Source of the DNA: Endomicrobiia bacterium
Lineage (GTDB): Bacteria > Elusimicrobiota > Endomicrobiia > DTEH01
Direction: 5' to 3'
DNA: 32,823 nucleotides
NCBI GenBank assembly: GCA_039630545.1
Contig: JBCNUU010000012.1
Location: 1 to 32,823, forward strand
Shown here: positions 30,235-32,823 of the stretch, piece after piece
Layout of the letters: the number at the start of each line of letters is the position of its first letter
Numbering within the stretch: the first letter of the stretch is position 1
Translations under genes and position numbers: made by a program
Notes under the pieces: model-generated
The model's database searches: none
Seen by the model: the letters and a program-made list of their open reading frames with translations, nothing else
What the model was told of the DNA's origin: nothing

Positions 30235-31479
30235 ATGCAGAAAAAGAAAGTTGTTATTACTGGAGTAGGAATAGTTTCCCCTGTAGGTATAGGTAAAGAT
30301 GAATTTACTGTATCGTTAAAAAATGGCAGAAGTGGTGTAGATAAAATAACTCTATTTGATGCATCCGGTTATCCTACTACAATTGCTGCTGAAGTTAAAA
30401 ATTTTAATCCTGAGGAATATATTGATAAGAAAAAACTACGCAGGATGGATAGATTCTGCCAGTTTGCATTTGCTGCTGCAAAGATGGCTATTGAAGATGC
30501 TGGATTGAAACTTGAGGATGAAGATAAATCAAGAATAGGAGTGATAATAGGTTCAGGAATAGGTGGGATTTCTACAATTGAAAGTGAAATGCAAGTTTTG
30601 TTGACTAAGGGACATTCAAAAGTTAGTCCATTTCTTATACCTATGGAAATAATAAATATGGCTGCTGGAGAGATAGCTATACATTATGGATTTTTAGGTC
30701 CTAATTATGGTGTGACATCAGCATGTGCTTCTTCAAATCATGCAATAGGAGATGCGTTAAGAATTTTAAGGTATGGTGATGCGGATGTAATTATTGCTGG
30801 TGGGACCGAAGCCGCTATAACACCTTTAGGTGTTGCTGGTTTTTCTTCAGCCAAAGCTTTATCAAGAAGAAATGATGAACCTCAAAAAGCATCAAGACCT
30901 TTTGATAAAAATCGTGATGGATTTGTTATGGGAGAAGGAGCCGCTATATTTGTGTTAGAGACATTAGAACACGCTATAAAAAGAAACGCCAAAATTTATG
31001 CTGAACTTGCTGGTTATGCTTGCAATGATGATGCATATCATATTACAGCACCACGAGAAGACGGTTCTACGCAGGCTTTATGTATGGAACTTGCATTAAA
31101 AGATGCAGGTGTAACTATTGATGAAGTTGATTACATTAATGCTCATGGTACTTCTACTCCTTTAAATGATAAATGTGAAACATTAGCAATCAAAAAAGTT
31201 TTTAAAGATAGGGCTTATAGGATAAATATTTCTTCTACTAAATCCATGACAGGACACCTCTTAGGTGCAGCAGGTGCAATTGAACTTGCGGCAATTCTGG
31301 TATGTATGGAAAACAATTTTATTCATCCTACGATTAATTATGAAGAACCCGATCCCGAATGTGATCTTAATTATACTCCAAATGTAATGGTTGAAAAAAA
31401 GATTAATGTAGCTTTGTCTAACTCTTTCGGTTTTGGTGGACATAATGCTGTGTTGGTTGTTAAAAGATATGAAATATAG
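30235..31479 (+). CDS. fabF: 3-oxoacyl-ACP synthase II
   Basis: VVITGVG, SACASS (Cys), SRPFDK.RDGFV.GEG, NAHGTST, KSMTGHLLGAAG, SNSFGFGG. Confidence 0.97.
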   Translation: MQKKKVVITGVGIVSPVGIGKDEFTVSLKNGRSGVDKITLFDASGYPTTIAAEVKNFNPEEYIDKKKLRRMDRFCQFAFAAAKMAIEDAGLKLEDEDKSRIGVIIGSGIGGISTIESEMQVLLTKGHSKVSPFLIPMEIINMAAGEIAIHYGFLGPNYGVTSACASSNHAIGDALRILRYGDADVIIAGGTEAAITPLGVAGFSSAKALSRRNDEPQKASRPFDKNRDGFVMGEGAAIFVLETLEHAIKRNAKIYAELAGYACNDDAYHITAPREDGSTQALCMELALKDAGVTIDEVDYINAHGTSTPLNDKCETLAIKKVFKDRAYRINISSTKSMTGHLLGAAGAIELAAILVCMENNFIHPTINYEEPDPECDLNYTPNVMVEKKINVALSNSFGFGGHNAVLVVKRYEI

Positions 31480-31484
31480 TTTTT

Positions 31485-32165
31485 ATGAAGGAACTTGAGG
31501 AGATTGAAAATAAGCTAGGAATAAGTTTTAAAAATAAAGAGTTACTTTTAACATCTCTTACGCATAAATCTTGGTCTGTTGAAAACAAATTATCTATTAA
31601 TAATGAAAGATTAGAGTTTTTAGGTGATAGTGTGCTTTCTGTAATAGTTGCAGAATTTCTCTATCAGAATTTTATAGATAAAGATGAAGGTTTTCTATCA
31701 AAATTAAAATCAGTGCTTGTTTCAAAAGTACAGATTGCTGAATGGAGTAAAGAGATAATGTTAGATAAATATCTTAGAATAAGTTCATCAGAAGAATATA
31801 TGGGGGGAAGAAAAAAAGATACCATCTTAGCAGGTGCACTAGAAGCTTTGTTGGGTGCAATATATTTAGATCAAGGCATAGAAGTTGTTCGTGATTTTGT
31901 AACAAAAAAATTTTTACTTAAAAGTATTAATAATTTAAAAATTCAAGACTATAAGAGTGTATTGCAAGAAATAGTTCAAAAAGAGTTTAAGAAACTTCCA
32001 GAATATAAAATAGTAAAAGAAACTGGACCTGACCATGATAAAATTTTTGATTGCGTTGTAAAAATTGGGGATAAGTTATTAGGAGAAGGAAGAGGGAAAA
32101 CTAAAAAACAATCACAACAAAACGCAGCAAAAGAAGCTTTAAAAAAATTAGGATTTAATTTTTAA
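31485..32165 (+). CDS. rnc: Ribonuclease III
   Basis: LTHKS, NERLEFLGDSVL signature, EALLGAIYLD, C-terminal dsRBD (DYKS.LQE, GPDH, G.G.TKK...Q.AA). Confidence 0.96.
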   Translation: MKELEEIENKLGISFKNKELLLTSLTHKSWSVENKLSINNERLEFLGDSVLSVIVAEFLYQNFIDKDEGFLSKLKSVLVSKVQIAEWSKEIMLDKYLRISSSEEYMGGRKKDTILAGALEALLGAIYLDQGIEVVRDFVTKKFLLKSINNLKIQDYKSVLQEIVQKEFKKLPEYKIVKETGPDHDKIFDCVVKIGDKLLGEGRGKTKKQSQQNAAKEALKKLGFNF

Positions 32166-32174
32166 ATAAAAAAC

Positions 32175-32249
32175 GCCCCCATCGTCTAGCCTGGTCCAGG
32201 ACACGGGTCTTTCAAGCCCGCAGCAGGGGTTCAAATCCCCTTGGGGGCA
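32175..32249 (+). tRNA. tRNA-Glu (anticodon TTC), CCA not encoded
   Basis: Acceptor GCCCCCA/TGGGGGC, anticodon arm CGGGT-CTTTCAA-GCCCG, T arm AGGGG-TTCAAAT-CCCCT, discriminator A. Confidence 0.95.
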
Positions 32250-32376
32250 AGTTGGTATAAAAAATCCTACTTTATAAAATCTCGTCAGAGGGTTTTAAAA
32301 ATAAGGATTTCTCGTCTAAAAATAAGGGTTTTTGGTAGTTATGTTTTGTATTGTTTTGTTATGTTTAGTGCATATT

Positions 32377-32400
32377 TTTGGATACCAATTTGGATACCAA
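32377..32400. repeat. Perfect 12-bp tandem repeat, candidate integrase arm-type sites
   Basis: TTTGGATACCAA at 32377-32388 and 32389-32400, between the tRNA and the integrase stop. Confidence 0.65.
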
Positions 32401-32431
32401 AAAACACATCGGAGGGCATTGAACCTTAATC

Positions 32432-32821
32432 TTAATAGGGAAGTTTCTTAATAACATCCTGGAAATGATAAGGGCTTAAATGAGCATAGATTTCTGTTGT
32501 TTTTATATCTGAGTGGCCTAAAAGTTTTGCTATGGTGTATAGGTCAACACCTTGCATTGCAAGATGGCTTGCAAATGTGTGGCGAAGAGTATGAAATGAT
32601 ACATCCTTAAGTTTAAGTTTTTTAACAAATTTCCTCATTAGTGATGATAGGGTTCCTTCGTCTATATCTAAAATCTTGCCGTTTTCTTTTCTTATTTTAG
32701 ATAAAAACTTTTCTAAAGGTTCTGCTAAAGGTATTGTTCTTAACTAGCTATACTTTTGTTTACAATTTTATTTTGATTATATTTTTATTTTATTTTTGTT
32801 GAAATAAATATAAGACAAATA
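32432..32821 (-). pseudogene. Tyrosine recombinase/integrase, C-terminal part, with in-frame stops near the window edge
   Basis: HTLRHTFASHL, LLGH, TTEIYAH catalytic H-R-H-Y motifs. Frame is open back to 32743 (LRTIPLAEPL), then reads YLSYIYFNKNKIKI*SK*NCKQKYS* up to the window edge. Confidence 0.75.
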
Positions 32822-32823
32822 AA

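Larger units (their letters stand above)
32250..32823. mobile_element. Left end of an integrative element or prophage (or its remnant) at tRNA-Glu
   Basis: Integrase convergent on the tRNA 3' end with tandem repeats in between; the other att site is not in the window. Confidence 0.6.

Noticed and set aside
481..31443. Short antisense ORFs (e.g. 481-768, 3694-4074, 5399-5815, 19358-19603, 24835-25086, 31261-31443)
   Set aside because: All lie opposite well-supported genes and lack independent signals.
32241..32429. 62-aa + strand ORF
   Set aside because: Starts at a TTG inside the tRNA and runs across att-like repeats; no recognisable motif.
1..32823. CRISPR array, rRNA or IS element
   Set aside because: No regularly spaced repeats, rRNA-like segment or transposase seen; the window is nearly fully covered by assigned genes.

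Overview
AT-rich bacterial chromosomal segment, almost all housekeeping genes on the + strand, from a diderm (possibly Elusimicrobiota; this is a loose inference). Order: C-terminal end of a probable outer-membrane beta-barrel gene; rpsR-rplI-dnaB-alr-mlaE-mlaF-long mlaD-two lipoproteins-trpB-folC-trxB-lepB-nfeD; a minus-strand unit of an unannotated 50-aa [ED]RR-repeat protein coupled to a GltD/NfnB/SudA-like flavo-FeS oxidoreductase; recG-coaX; groES-groEL with terminator; a three-gene glycan module (WecA-like, UGM-like flavoprotein, GT4); icd; yceD-rpmF-plsX-fabH-fabD-fabG-acpP-fabF-rnc; tRNA-Glu(TTC); and a convergent, stop-interrupted tyrosine integrase with tandem arm-type-like repeats marking the edge of an integrated element. 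Most notable: the hidden Arg-rich microprotein with its own promoter and RBS, the MlaD with a beta-barrel-like C-terminus, and the integrase whose stop codons cluster in the last 80 bp of the window.
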